Shown here: positions 29,198-39,906 of the stretch, one piece after another
Layout of the letters: each line of letters begins with the position of its first letter
How positions within the stretch are numbered: the first letter of the stretch is position 1
Assembly (NCBI GenBank): GCA_965223795.1
Contig: CBDCXL010000002.1
Span: 448,001 to 512,000 of the forward strand
Direction: 5' to 3'
Source of the DNA: Nitrospinales bacterium
Lineage (GTDB): Bacteria > Nitrospinota > Nitrospinia > Nitrospinales > VA-1
DNA length: 64,000 nt
Translations under genes and position numbers: made by a program
Notes under the pieces: model-generated
The model's database searches: none
Seen by the model: the letters and a program-made list of their open reading frames with translations, nothing else
What the model was told of the DNA's origin: nothing

Positions 29198-31274
29198 TTA
29201 AGTTCACGACCTCCAGAGTTTTGATCTGCACGGACGGCATCACTTCGCTGTGCGACAACACGACCAGGTCCGGCAGAAACCGCTCGGTGAAACGCCTGAG
29301 GTGCAGGCGGATGGTCGGCGACGCGAGCAGGATGGGCGACGATTCCAGCCTCGGCGCGATGGCCTCCATGGTCTCTTTCAAACGGGTCAACAGTTTCTCC
29401 GCCACGTTGGGCTCGAGCGCCAGGTACGAGACGGTTTCGGTTTTCTGGATCGAGCCTTCGATCACATCCTCGACGGACCTATCGAGCGTCAGCACCGACA
29501 GCGTGCCGTCGGTGGACTGGTACTGCTTGGTGATGGGCCGGGCCAGTGACTGACGCACGAACTCGGTGAGCAGATCGGTGTCCTGGGTGGAGATGGCGCT
29601 GTCGGCCAGCTGCTCTAGAATGGTGCGCAGATCGCGGATGGAGATCTGCTCCTTGAGCAGGTTCTGCAGCACCTTCTGCACTTTGCCCAGGCTCAGCACG
29701 TTGGGGATCAGCTCTTCCACCACCTTGGGATTGGATTCCTTGAACTTGTCGATCAGGGCCTGGGTTTCCTGACGGCCCACCAGCTCGTGCGCGTGGCGTT
29801 TGATGGTCTCCTTGATGTGGGTGGTGATCACGGTGGCGGGATCGACCACGGTGTAGCCCGCCATCTGCGCCTCCTGCTTGGCGCTGGCGGGAATCCAGAC
29901 CGCGGGCAGTCCGAACGTCGGTTCCTGGGTGGGGATGCCTTCGAGCTGCTTCTCGGTGGTGCCGGGATTCATGGCCATGAGCCGTCCCATCATGATGGTG
30001 CCGCGCGCCACCTCCACGCCCTTGATGACGATGGCGTAATCGCTGGACTTGAGCTGCAGGTTGTCGCGGATGTGCAGCGGCGGCACGATGAAGCCCATCT
30101 CCAGCGCGAACTGACGGCGGATCGATTTGATGCGGTCCAACAGCTCGCCGTTGCGGTCCGCGTCGACCAGGGGAATCAGCTCGTAGCCCACTTCCAGCTC
30201 CATGACGTCGAGCGGCAGGATGGATTCGACCCGCTCGGTGACGGGCGCTTTCGCTTCTTCCTCACGCTTGCGGATCTCCTGCACCTCCACGCGCTTGATC
30301 TCGCCGAAACGGTAGTAGGCGATGACGCCCGCGATGGTGCCGAGCAGAAAGAACGGCAGGTGCGGCAGGCCGGGAATGAGCCCGAAGAAGAACAGCGAGA
30401 TCGAAGCGATGACGAAGGCGAAGGGCTGGTTGAGCAGCTGGCCCAAAAGTTCGAACGGCAGGTTCTTGTCGGAAACGGCGCGCGTCACCACGAGGCCGGC
30501 GGCGGTGGAGACGGTGAGCGCCGGAAGCTGGGACACCAGGCCGTCGCCGATGGTGAGCAGGGTGTAGACCTGCGCCGCCTGGGAGACGTCCAGGCCCTGC
30601 TGGAACACGCCGATGCTGAAGCCGCCGATGATGTTGATCAGCGTGATCAGGATGCCGGCGATGGCGTCGCCGCGCACGAAGCGGATGGCGCCGTCCATCG
30701 CGCCGTAAAAATCGGCTTCCCGCTCCAGGGTCTGGCGGCGGTTGCGCGCATCCTGCTCGGTGATGATGCCGGCGTTGAGGTCGGCGTCGATGCTCATCTG
30801 CTTGCCGGGGATGGCGTCGAGCGTGAACCGCGCCGCCACTTCCGAGGTGCGCACCGAACCTTTGGTGATGACGATGAAGTTGATCATCACCAGGATGATG
30901 AAGATGACCGTGCCGACCACGTAGTTGCCGCCGACGACAAACGAGCCGAACGACTGGATCACCTGCCCGGCGGCGGCGGGGCCGTCGCCGCCGTTCAAAA
31001 GGATGATGCGCGTCGAGGCGACGTTGAGCGAAAGCCGGATCAACGTCACGATCAGAAGCAGCGAGGGAAAGACCGAAAACTCCAGCGGCGCTTTCATGAA
31101 CACCGCCACCAGCAGGATGATGATGGAAAAGGTCAGGCTGAACGACAGAAAGATGTCGAGAAAAAACGTCGGGATCGGCATGACCATGACGGTCAGGATG
31201 ATGATGACGCCGAAGGCGACGCCGATTTCCTGCGGCCGCTCGGTCAATACCCGCAATGGATTGCTGCGCGCCAT
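29187..31274 (-). CDS. flhA: Flagellar export gate FlhA
   Basis: LSLNVASTR, EVAARFTLDAIPGKQMSIDADL, FYGAMDGA, LTIGDGL. Confidence 0.97.
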   Translation of the reverse strand: MARSNPLRVLTERPQEIGVAFGVIIILTVMVMPIPTFFLDIFLSFSLTFSIIILLVAVFMKAPLEFSVFPSLLLIVTLIRLSLNVASTRIILLNGGDGPAAAGQVIQSFGSFVVGGNYVVGTVIFIILVMINFIVITKGSVRTSEVAARFTLDAIPGKQMSIDADLNAGIITEQDARNRRQTLEREADFYGAMDGAIRFVRGDAIAGILITLINIIGGFSIGVFQQGLDVSQAAQVYTLLTIGDGLVSQLPALTVSTAAGLVVTRAVSDKNLPFELLGQLLNQPFAFVIASISLFFFGLIPGLPHLPFFLLGTIAGVIAYYRFGEIKRVEVQEIRKREEEAKAPVTERVESILPLDVMELEVGYELIPLVDADRNGELLDRIKSIRRQFALEMGFIVPPLHIRDNLQLKSSDYAIVIKGVEVARGTIMMGRLMAMNPGTTEKQLEGIPTQEPTFGLPAVWIPASAKQEAQMAGYTVVDPATVITTHIKETIKRHAHELVGRQETQALIDKFKESNPKVVEELIPNVLSLGKVQKVLQNLLKEQISIRDLRTILEQLADSAISTQDTDLLTEFVRQSLARPITKQYQSTDGTLSVLTLDRSVEDVIEGSIQKTETVSYLALEPNVAEKLLTRLKETMEAIAPRLESSPILLASPTIRLHLRRFTERFLPDLVVLSHSEVMPSVQIKTLEVVNLNAN

Positions 31275-31318
31275 GTGTCAGTGTTCCTCTGAATTGCTAT
31301 GCGTGTTTGCAGCCAGTG

Positions 31319-32392
31319 TCATAAAGGGCTCTTGCCTTTCAGGCGGTAGACGTAAGCGAGGATCTCCGCCACCGCCTTGTAGAGGCTGGCGGGGATCAGC
31401 TGGCCCACTTCGACGGTTTTGTGCAGCACGCGCGCCAGGGGTTTGTCCTCGACGATGGGCACGTCGTTGTCCTGGGCGATGATGCGGATCTTCTTGGCGA
31501 TCGCCCCCGCGCCCTTGGCGACGACGATGGGCGCGTCGTAATTTTCCAGATCGTACTTGATGGCCACCGCCAGTTCGGTGGGGTTGGTCACCACCACGTC
31601 GGCTTCCGGCACGGCGGACATCATGCGCCGGCGCGCCATTTCGGTCTGCACCGCGCGGATGCGCTGCTTGATCTGCGGATTTCCCTCGGTTTCCTTGCGT
31701 TCGTCCTTCACCTCCTGCTTGGTCATGCGCAGGTTTTCCAGGTAGGTGTAGCGCTGGAAGGTGTAGTCGAGCGCGGCGAGCAGGATCATCGCCAGCAGCA
31801 CCTTGAACATGATCTCCAGCGCCACCTCGCCCATGAACACCATGCTCTGCCCGACGCCGTAGCCCATGAGCGGCGGGATCTGATCCCAGTGGCTCTTGAT
31901 GGTGAAATAGGCGATGACCGACACGAGCGTGATCTTGAACAGGGACTTGAACAGCTCCATCAGCGAGTTCTTCGAGAAGATCCTGCCGAATCCCTTGATG
32001 GGGTTGAGCTTGTTGAACTTCGGCAGCAGCGGATGGAACGACATCTTGAACCCGCGCGTCTGGATCAGGTTGGACACGATCCCCGCGAACAGGATGGTGA
32101 ACAAAATGGGCGCGAGAATGAAAAAGGTGCTTTTCAATACCAGGAGCAGCACCCGGTACAGCTCCTCGGTGGTCAGCTTCAAGGCGTAGGATTCGGAGAG
32201 GATGGTGCGCCAGGTGTCCATCATCTTGATGGGCCCCTGCTGGCCGATCGCGAAGAACGCCAGGATCGCCGCCATGAGGATGAAGGAAGAGGTCATCTCG
32301 CGGCTGTGTGTGAAGTTGCCCTTCTCCTCCGCTTCCTGGATGCGTTTGGCGGACGCCTCTTCGGTCTTCTGGTCTTTGTTTTCTTCCGCCAT
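31319..32392 (-). CDS. flhB: Flagellar export switch FlhB
   Basis: KTEEAS, MTKQEVKDE, EGNP, NPT autocleavage site (NPTE here rather than NPTH), VAKG. Confidence 0.96.
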   Translation of the reverse strand: MAEENKDQKTEEASAKRIQEAEEKGNFTHSREMTSSFILMAAILAFFAIGQQGPIKMMDTWRTILSESYALKLTTEELYRVLLLVLKSTFFILAPILFTILFAGIVSNLIQTRGFKMSFHPLLPKFNKLNPIKGFGRIFSKNSLMELFKSLFKITLVSVIAYFTIKSHWDQIPPLMGYGVGQSMVFMGEVALEIMFKVLLAMILLAALDYTFQRYTYLENLRMTKQEVKDERKETEGNPQIKQRIRAVQTEMARRRMMSAVPEADVVVTNPTELAVAIKYDLENYDAPIVVAKGAGAIAKKIRIIAQDNDVPIVEDKPLARVLHKTVEVGQLIPASLYKAVAEILAYVYRLKGKSPL

Positions 32393-32446
32393 CCAAGTGG
32401 CCGCTAACCTTTATAAGGTGAATGAAGGATTTGTGCAAAGCCCGCA

Positions 32447-33223
32447 TCACAGCGTTCGCATCAGATTCAAAAGCTGGGTGGGCAGCTCAAATATATGATT
32501 CTTGAGCACGATGCTGAAAAACGGCATGGCCAGCGCGATCATCAAAAGCCCGACGCCGATCTGCAGGGGAAAGCCGACGATGAACACGTTCATCTGCGGC
32601 ACGGTGCGCGCCACCAGCCCCAGCCCCACGCTCAGGAAAAACAGGATGGCCATGACCGGCGCCGCGATCTTGACGGCGATCAGGAACATGGCCGAAAACA
32701 GTTTCAGGATGTACTCCGCCGTCACGCCGCCCAGGCTCATGCTGGCCGGGTGGATCACATTGAAACTCTCGACCACCGCGCCGATCACGATGTGGTGCGC
32801 GTCGGTGGCGAGAAAGAGGAGCACCGCCAGGATGTTCTGAAACTGCGCGGTGATGGACACCTGCGCCTGGGTCTGCGGGTCGATGACGTTGACCACGCCG
32901 AAACCCATCTGAAAGTCCACGATGGTGCCCGCCACCTGCACGGAGGTGAACACCAGCCGGGTCGCGAACGCGATCGCCAGTCCCACGGCGGCTTCCGAGG
33001 CCAGGTACACGGCAAGCTCGAACAATCCTTTGGGATCGGGCATGGGCTTGCCGCTGACCATCGGGAAGATCAGCAGGCTGAACATCAGGATGAAACCCGC
33101 CTTGAGCCGCACCGGCACCTGGGCGCTGCCCAGGATGGGCGCGAACAGCACGATCGCCCCGACCCGGAAAAACACGAACAGAAAGGTTTCGATCTCTTCG
33201 GTGTTGAAGTTTAAAAGATCCAT
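32447..33223 (-). CDS. fliR: Flagellar export protein FliR
   Basis: QVAGTIVDFQMGF, ARTVPQMNVFIVGFP. Confidence 0.95.
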   Translation of the reverse strand: MDLLNFNTEEIETFLFVFFRVGAIVLFAPILGSAQVPVRLKAGFILMFSLLIFPMVSGKPMPDPKGLFELAVYLASEAAVGLAIAFATRLVFTSVQVAGTIVDFQMGFGVVNVIDPQTQAQVSITAQFQNILAVLLFLATDAHHIVIGAVVESFNVIHPASMSLGGVTAEYILKLFSAMFLIAVKIAAPVMAILFFLSVGLGLVARTVPQMNVFIVGFPLQIGVGLLMIALAMPFFSIVLKNHIFELPTQLLNLMRTL

Positions 33224-33242
33224 GCCAGCTCATCCGCGGCCG

Positions 33243-33512
33243 CTACTGTATGTATTCGGGAAAGTTCATGAGGATTTTCGATGTGAAGTTGAGCATGATC
33301 TGCAAAAGCCAGGGAAAAAACAGCACCATCGCCAGAAACACCGCCAGGATCTTGGGGATGAAGGTCAGCGTCAACTCCTGGATCGAGGTCACCGCCTGGA
33401 ATATGGAGACCGCCAGCCCTGTGACCAGCCCGAAACCGAGCATGGGTGCGGAGACCAGGAGCGCGGTTTTCATGCTCTCCATGGCGAAGTCGATGATGAA
33501 GGTCTGGGTCAT
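33243..33512 (-). CDS. fliQ: Flagellar export protein FliQ
   Basis: SIFQAVTSIQELTLTFIPK. Confidence 0.96.
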   Translation of the reverse strand: MTQTFIIDFAMESMKTALLVSAPMLGFGLVTGLAVSIFQAVTSIQELTLTFIPKILAVFLAMVLFFPWLLQIMLNFTSKILMNFPEYIQ

Positions 33513-33521
33513 ATTTTTTTC

Positions 33522-34280
33522 CTAACTGAAGCTTTTCATGAGCGATCCCACGGTCAGGTACCAGCCGTCCACCATGACGAACAGCATGAGCTTGAACGGC
33601 AGCGAGATCAGCACCGGCGGCAGCATCATCATGCCCATGGAAAGCAGGATGCTCGCGACCACCATGTCGAGAATGAGAAACGGGATGTAGATGAGAAAGC
33701 CGATCTGAAACGCGGTCTTCAGCTCGCTGATGATGAACGCGGGAATCAGCGTGCGCATGTCGATCTGCTCCGGAGCCGTGGGCCGCTCCCCGTCGGTCAG
33801 GTTGACGAACAAAGACAGGTCCTTCTCGCGGGTCTGCCGCATCATGAAGCGCTTGAGCGGGATTTCGGCCTGCTTCAAGGCATCGACCTGGGACATCTCT
33901 TCCGAGAGATAGGGCTGCAGGGCCTTGTCATTGACCTCGGACCAGATCGGACTCATGACGAACAGCGTGAGAAACAGACCCAGACCGATCAGCACCTGGG
34001 TCGGCGGCGTCTGCTGGGTGCCCATCGCCTGACGCAGAAAGGACAGCACGATGATGATCCGGGAAAATGAAGTGGTCATGATCAGAATCGAAGGGGCGAG
34101 CGCCAGAACGGTGAGCAGGATGAGAATCTGCAGCGCGCTGGAAACCTTCTCCGGTTCGTCCACATCGTCGATGCCCACCTGAAAGGTCGGAAACGGAATG
34201 GCGGCGCTTTCGGCGGCGCTCAAGAACAGCACGCAAACCAGAACCGCCGCGATGCCTGTCCACTTCTTTCCGGGTGTCAT
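33522..34280 (-). CDS. fliP: Flagellar export protein FliP
   Basis: TTSFSRIIIVL, QTPP, PAFIISELKTAFQIG, MGMMMLPP, DGW. Confidence 0.97.
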   Translation of the reverse strand: MTPGKKWTGIAAVLVCVLFLSAAESAAIPFPTFQVGIDDVDEPEKVSSALQILILLTVLALAPSILIMTTSFSRIIIVLSFLRQAMGTQQTPPTQVLIGLGLFLTLFVMSPIWSEVNDKALQPYLSEEMSQVDALKQAEIPLKRFMMRQTREKDLSLFVNLTDGERPTAPEQIDMRTLIPAFIISELKTAFQIGFLIYIPFLILDMVVASILLSMGMMMLPPVLISLPFKLMLFVMVDGWYLTVGSLMKSFS

Positions 34281-35422
34281 AGGGATCTTAGTTTTGTGAG
34301 ATTTTTGCGGATCTTTTCGGTGACCTCGTCGACGGAGCGTTCCTTGGGGGAGCGGGAATCGGAATACTCTTCCAGGTACCTGGAAAACCGGCTCTCAGGC
34401 GACGCATCCGGCAGGGTCCGCGCCGGTTTTTCGGTTTTTTTGACTTTGCGCCTGGTTTCGTGCGCCGGGTTTTTGTTTTTCTTCTCGCCGAAGGCGCGGA
34501 TCTTTTCGATGCGCTCCTCGTCGCGGATGTTGGACAACAGCGAGATGTTGTCGTTGGAGATGCCGAGCACCAGGACTTCGTCGGCGATTTCCACCAGGGC
34601 GATGTTCTTTTTCGGGCCGAGAAAGCCCGTGCCCAGCACGCGCACCAGCTTTTCGTTGCCGCCGAACAGCGTGTTTTTGAGCACGAATTTCTTGAACACG
34701 TAAAACAGCAGAAACATGATGCCGAGCACCACGGAGAGCATGGTGAACATGCGCACGGCGGCGGGCAACGGGTCCAGCAGGCCCTCGCTCTCGACCGTTC
34801 TTGATTCCGCGGCCTGCTCCAGAGAAAGGTTCTGCTTTTCCGGCTTCACGGCGCGGACTTTCTGCACCTGAGGCACAGGATCGGCGGGCTTGGACACCCG
34901 CACCACACGCGGCTTGGAAACCGGCGGCGCCGGCTGCTCTTTGCGCGCGGTCGGCGGCGTGTCCCAGCGTTTCGCGGCCTGGGCCAAAAGCACGTCCAGA
35001 TCCTCCGCTTCGCCCTGGGCGATGCGCACGGTGAGGGTCTTTCCGCGTTTTTCCAGTTTGAAGTTTTCCTTGAGGCCAGGCAGTTTCTCGCCGAGCACGA
35101 ATTGAACGCGCAGGGTTTTGCTGCTGATCTGGGTCGCGGCGATCTGCGGAATGCGGTTGTCGCCGGTGTAGAAAAACCGCTTGGGCAGGCGGATGCGCGC
35201 GTCGGGCAGGTCCATCTGCACGGAGTTATTGAGAAACACGGGCGCTTCGAACCGCGACACCGGGCGCTTGAACTGCAGCTTGATGATCAAACTCCCCGGC
35301 TCTTTTTCCGCGACCACGTCCTGCAGAAAGTTGCGCGGCACAGACTGCGCCCCGGCAACGCCGGTTCCTATAAGGAGAACGCATCCGATCCCGATGATGA
35401 ATGTGTAGAGACACCGTTTCAT
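34277..35422 (-). CDS. fliO: FliO with a large periplasmic N-terminal extension
   Basis: TM followed by LGPKKNIALVEIADEVLVLGIS..ISLL; directly before fliP; signal-peptide-like N-terminus; alternative ATG at 35482. Confidence 0.8.
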   Translation of the reverse strand: MKRCLYTFIIGIGCVLLIGTGVAGAQSVPRNFLQDVVAEKEPGSLIIKLQFKRPVSRFEAPVFLNNSVQMDLPDARIRLPKRFFYTGDNRIPQIAATQISSKTLRVQFVLGEKLPGLKENFKLEKRGKTLTVRIAQGEAEDLDVLLAQAAKRWDTPPTARKEQPAPPVSKPRVVRVSKPADPVPQVQKVRAVKPEKQNLSLEQAAESRTVESEGLLDPLPAAVRMFTMLSVVLGIMFLLFYVFKKFVLKNTLFGGNEKLVRVLGTGFLGPKKNIALVEIADEVLVLGISNDNISLLSNIRDEERIEKIRAFGEKKNKNPAHETRRKVKKTEKPARTLPDASPESRFSRYLEEYSDSRSPKERSVDEVTEKIRKNLTKLRSL

Positions 35423-35496
35423 GGCAAGAAAGGCCTGTCGATGGAGGGTGAACTGAGTGTCAAAAAATACGGCAATGCTCACTGAAATGATTTAAA

Positions 35497-35513
35497 TGCA
35501 AGGCTTATACCTA
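35497..35513 (-). promoter_or_regulatory. Putative sigma54 -24/-12 promoter for fliO-fliA
   Basis: Minus strand TAGGTAT-AAGCC-TTGCA with GG-N10-GC spacing. Confidence 0.6.
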
Positions 35514-35752
35514 ACAGCCGGGAGGCAGGGAGGATTTTCGGTCATCCGCGGCGGCGGATATATTCCGGCTTAATTTTCAGTGGGTTTGAATCGAAATGCA
35601 GAAAAAAATATTTTAAACAGGGAGGGATCGTGGATTTTTACGGAGCGAATGCACAAGGCCGTCCGACAAATTTCCTGCACTCCCCGCCGGAGGGACGAAT
35701 TGCGAACGCCGGAATGAGAAAAGGAGTTGTTTTGAATCGGGCGCTTCGGGAA

Positions 35753-36121
35753 TCACCCCAATGACTGCACCCGCTCCATGGGCGAGACGATGTCGGTGAG
35801 GCGCACGCCGAATTTTTCGTTCACCACCACCACTTCGCCGCGCGCCACCAGCTTCTGGTTGACCAGGACTTCCAACGGTTCGCCCACCAGCTTGGTCAGC
35901 TCCACCACCGAGCCCTGCCCGAGCTGCAACAGGTCGTTGATCAGCATTTTCGTGCGGCCGAGCTCCACGGTGACGGTGAGCGGGATGTCCAGGATGAGAT
36001 CGAGGCTGCGGTTGTCCGCAGGCGCCTGATCCTCCTGCCCTTCCTCGTCCGGAGTCTCCTGTTCCGTCGCGGTGTCTTCGGCGTTTTCGGCCGCTTCTTC
36101 TTTACCCGGCTCTTCCGCCAT
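35753..36121 (-). CDS. fliN: Flagellar switch FliN
   Basis: ILDIPLTVTVELGRT, GEVVVVNEKFGVR. Confidence 0.96.
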   Translation of the reverse strand: MAEEPGKEEAAENAEDTATEQETPDEEGQEDQAPADNRSLDLILDIPLTVTVELGRTKMLINDLLQLGQGSVVELTKLVGEPLEVLVNQKLVARGEVVVVNEKFGVRLTDIVSPMERVQSLG

Positions 36122-36125
36122 GAGG

Positions 36126-37106
36126 TCACTTCTCCCTTGGAATTATTTCATCGATTTGAACGGCCTTGGAACCTTTGGCAACTCCGGGGAATCCCCTGAA
36201 CTTGGGGATGCCCTCGATCTTGACGGTCATCGGCCGGGACACGTCGTTGCCCAGCAGGAGCGTGTCTCCCACTTTGTAATTGAGCAGTTCCTTCGGCGTG
36301 ATCTCCGTGCGGCCCAGCTCCACCACCGCTTCCACCTCGGTCTGCATCAGCTCCGACCGCAGCCTGCGCACCCAGCCCTGATCGACCTCCATCTCCTCGC
36401 TCTGGAACTGCGCCTTGAGCTTGGGCATGATGGGCTCGATGGCGGCGAAGGGAAGGCAGACCGTCAGGGTGCCGGAAATCGTTTCCAGTTCGATGTCGAA
36501 CAACAGCACCAGCACCACGTCCGTGGGCGGGACGATGGCGGCGAACTGGGGGTTCACTTCCGAGCGCACGTAATTGGTGGTGACGGCGTGCACCGGCTTC
36601 CAGGCTTTTTCCAGATCCTCGAGCGCGTTCAGCACGACGTTTTTGATCATGCGGATTTCGATGGAACTGAAGTCCCGGCCGGTGATTTTCGCTTCCATGG
36701 TGCCGCTGCCGCCGAAAAAATTGTCGACGACGGCGAACACCAGCTTGCTCTCGATGACCATCAGCCCGTGGCCGCGAAACGGCTCCATCCGGAAAATGTG
36801 CAGGCTGGAGGGAACCGGCAGCGAACGCAGAAAATCGCCGAACTTGATGGTGTCGGTGGAGACGATGCTCACGTCGACGGACTTGTGCATCATTCCCGCG
36901 AAGGTGCTGCGGAACAGGCGGGAGAACATCTGGTTGATGATGTCGAGGGTGGGCAGCCGCCCGCGTATGATCTTTTCCTGGCTGGTCAGATCGTAGGGCA
37001 CGACTCCGGAGACTTCCTCCGGCTGGTCTGTCTCGGTCTCGACGTCGCCCTCGCCGACCCCTCTCAATAGGGCATCGACTTCACCTTGCGAGAGTACCTG
37101 GCTCAT
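36126..37106 (-). CDS. fliM: Flagellar switch FliM
   Basis: LSQGEVDALL CheY-binding motif, YDL, C-terminal SpoA domain. Confidence 0.96.
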   Translation of the reverse strand: MSQVLSQGEVDALLRGVGEGDVETETDQPEEVSGVVPYDLTSQEKIIRGRLPTLDIINQMFSRLFRSTFAGMMHKSVDVSIVSTDTIKFGDFLRSLPVPSSLHIFRMEPFRGHGLMVIESKLVFAVVDNFFGGSGTMEAKITGRDFSSIEIRMIKNVVLNALEDLEKAWKPVHAVTTNYVRSEVNPQFAAIVPPTDVVLVLLFDIELETISGTLTVCLPFAAIEPIMPKLKAQFQSEEMEVDQGWVRRLRSELMQTEVEAVVELGRTEITPKELLNYKVGDTLLLGNDVSRPMTVKIEGIPKFRGFPGVAKGSKAVQIDEIIPREK

Positions 37107-37187
37107 TGTGCTTGCATCCCCGCTTGCGCATGAAGGCCGCGCTGCGTCCGGGTTTTCGCCCGGCGCGCACGGACCGCGTTCATTTTA

Positions 37188-37709
37188 TCACTGAATGATG
37201 AATTCGGTGAAATAAGCGTCTTTAATATGACCGCGCACCAGAAACCGGTTGACCCGGGTGGCGATTTCATCCTTCAGCTTGAATTTCCCCTGGACGGAGT
37301 ATACATCCTCAAAGGTTTTGCTGCTCAACAAAACCAGGATGGAATCGGTGATCTTCTGCAGGTTCTCCTTGATCTCGGCGTGCACTTCCGGCGCGCTGAG
37401 CTCCAGGGAAACGGTCACCTTGAGAAACCGCTTGCCTTTGCTGCCAGCCAGGTTGACGATGAACGGGTCGAGCGGAAACATGACGCCCAGATCCGGCGCC
37501 GTCTCCGGCTGCTCCACGGCGGTTTCGTCCTGCGCTCCCTCAGGCTCGGCTTCTTTTTTGAAATACTTTGTGTAGGCGAAAAATCCGCCGCCGCCCAGAG
37601 CCAGCAGAAGGATCAGAAGGATGAGAATGAATTTAAAGGACGATTTCTTTTCCGCAGCCGGAAGTTCCTCCCCGCCTTCGTCCAGAGCATTTTCCTGTTC
37701 TTCCGCCAT
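37188..37709 (-). CDS. fliL: Flagellar protein FliL
   Basis: TM then PFIVNLA...RFLKV, YFTEFIIQ. Confidence 0.93.
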   Translation of the reverse strand: MAEEQENALDEGGEELPAAEKKSSFKFILILLILLLALGGGGFFAYTKYFKKEAEPEGAQDETAVEQPETAPDLGVMFPLDPFIVNLAGSKGKRFLKVTVSLELSAPEVHAEIKENLQKITDSILVLLSSKTFEDVYSVQGKFKLKDEIATRVNRFLVRGHIKDAYFTEFIIQ

Positions 37710-37833
37710 TCATCGTCTCCCTCATCGCTAAACGCAGGCGTGGGAATTCCTCTTCCAATTAATCCGCCCGTTGGCGGTTTTCTCCACCGGCACCCTAAGG
37801 GCAGAAGATGGTTTTATCCCATCAGTGTGAAAA

Positions 37834-37850
37834 AGCAAGGAGTGTGCCAA
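37834..37850 (-). promoter_or_regulatory. Sigma54 -24/-12 promoter for fliLMN
   Basis: Minus strand TTGGCAC-ACTCC-TTGCT, exact TGGCAC-N5-TTGC consensus. Confidence 0.85.
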
Positions 37851-38210
37851 CACCCCCTTTTTCGCGGGTGAGCGGCATCCCATTGACTTTAAAAGATTAT
37901 CTCGATCGCCAGCCGTTGCAAAGAACCGGGGCCGGGTGGAGAAAGTCATTATTTTGACGAGACCGGCGCCGATGCGCCCTCCCCTGCCGCCGTTTTGCCC
38001 GTCAACTTTTCTTCGGACGGCCCGGCGGATTCCTAAACCGGTTTGTTCAATTATGTCGCACTCTTTGAGCCGTTTTGCCCGCTTTCAAAGCAAATTTTCA
38101 AATTCCGGTTTTTTCCCGGAAACGGCGCATGCGCTTGAGGCTCTCTCTACTTGACTTGAAATCAAGGACTTAATCGGTCGGCGCGGTTTGCGGGCCGGTG
38201 CCCGGCTTCC

Positions 38211-38226
38211 TGGTACGGGAATTGAA
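38211..38226 (+). promoter_or_regulatory. Possible sigma54 promoter of amtB with variant -12
   Basis: TGGTAC-GGGAA-TTGAA; weak NtrC-like TGTTC-N7-TCGCA at ~38044-38060. Confidence 0.4.
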
Positions 38227-38373
38227 CATCATTCCCTGAATGGATGAGTTTCATTGTGCCCGGCCGCGGCGCGCATTTGTGCCGCAGCTTCGCCCCTTTG
38301 AGGCCGGTGCGGTGCATTTCATTCCATCGGTTTTTAAGGATTCTTTCTTTGAACAGTAAGGAGGCTGTGTTCG

Positions 38374-39669
<1,296 letters not shown>

Positions 39670-39906
39670 CGCCTTGCCGAATGTACGCGTTGTCCGGGAT
39701 TGAGGCCGCCTGTATCTTCGCTTGCCGGATGAGCGTTGTGTTTTTTTTCGGTGGAGCGATTTTTTGATTGACTTTTCGACGCTTAAAAAATATGGTTCCC
39801 CTACGGCGGCCGGGTTCCGATAACTAAGATCGAAAGTGTCATGCCAACGGATTCGGCCGGGCGATGTTGCGGCAGGCCGGAGACTTCTTACGGAGGGGAG
39901 GGTATC

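Noticed and set aside
29787..34070. Long + strand ORFs over flhA-fliP
   Set aside because: Antisense shadows of flagellar genes.
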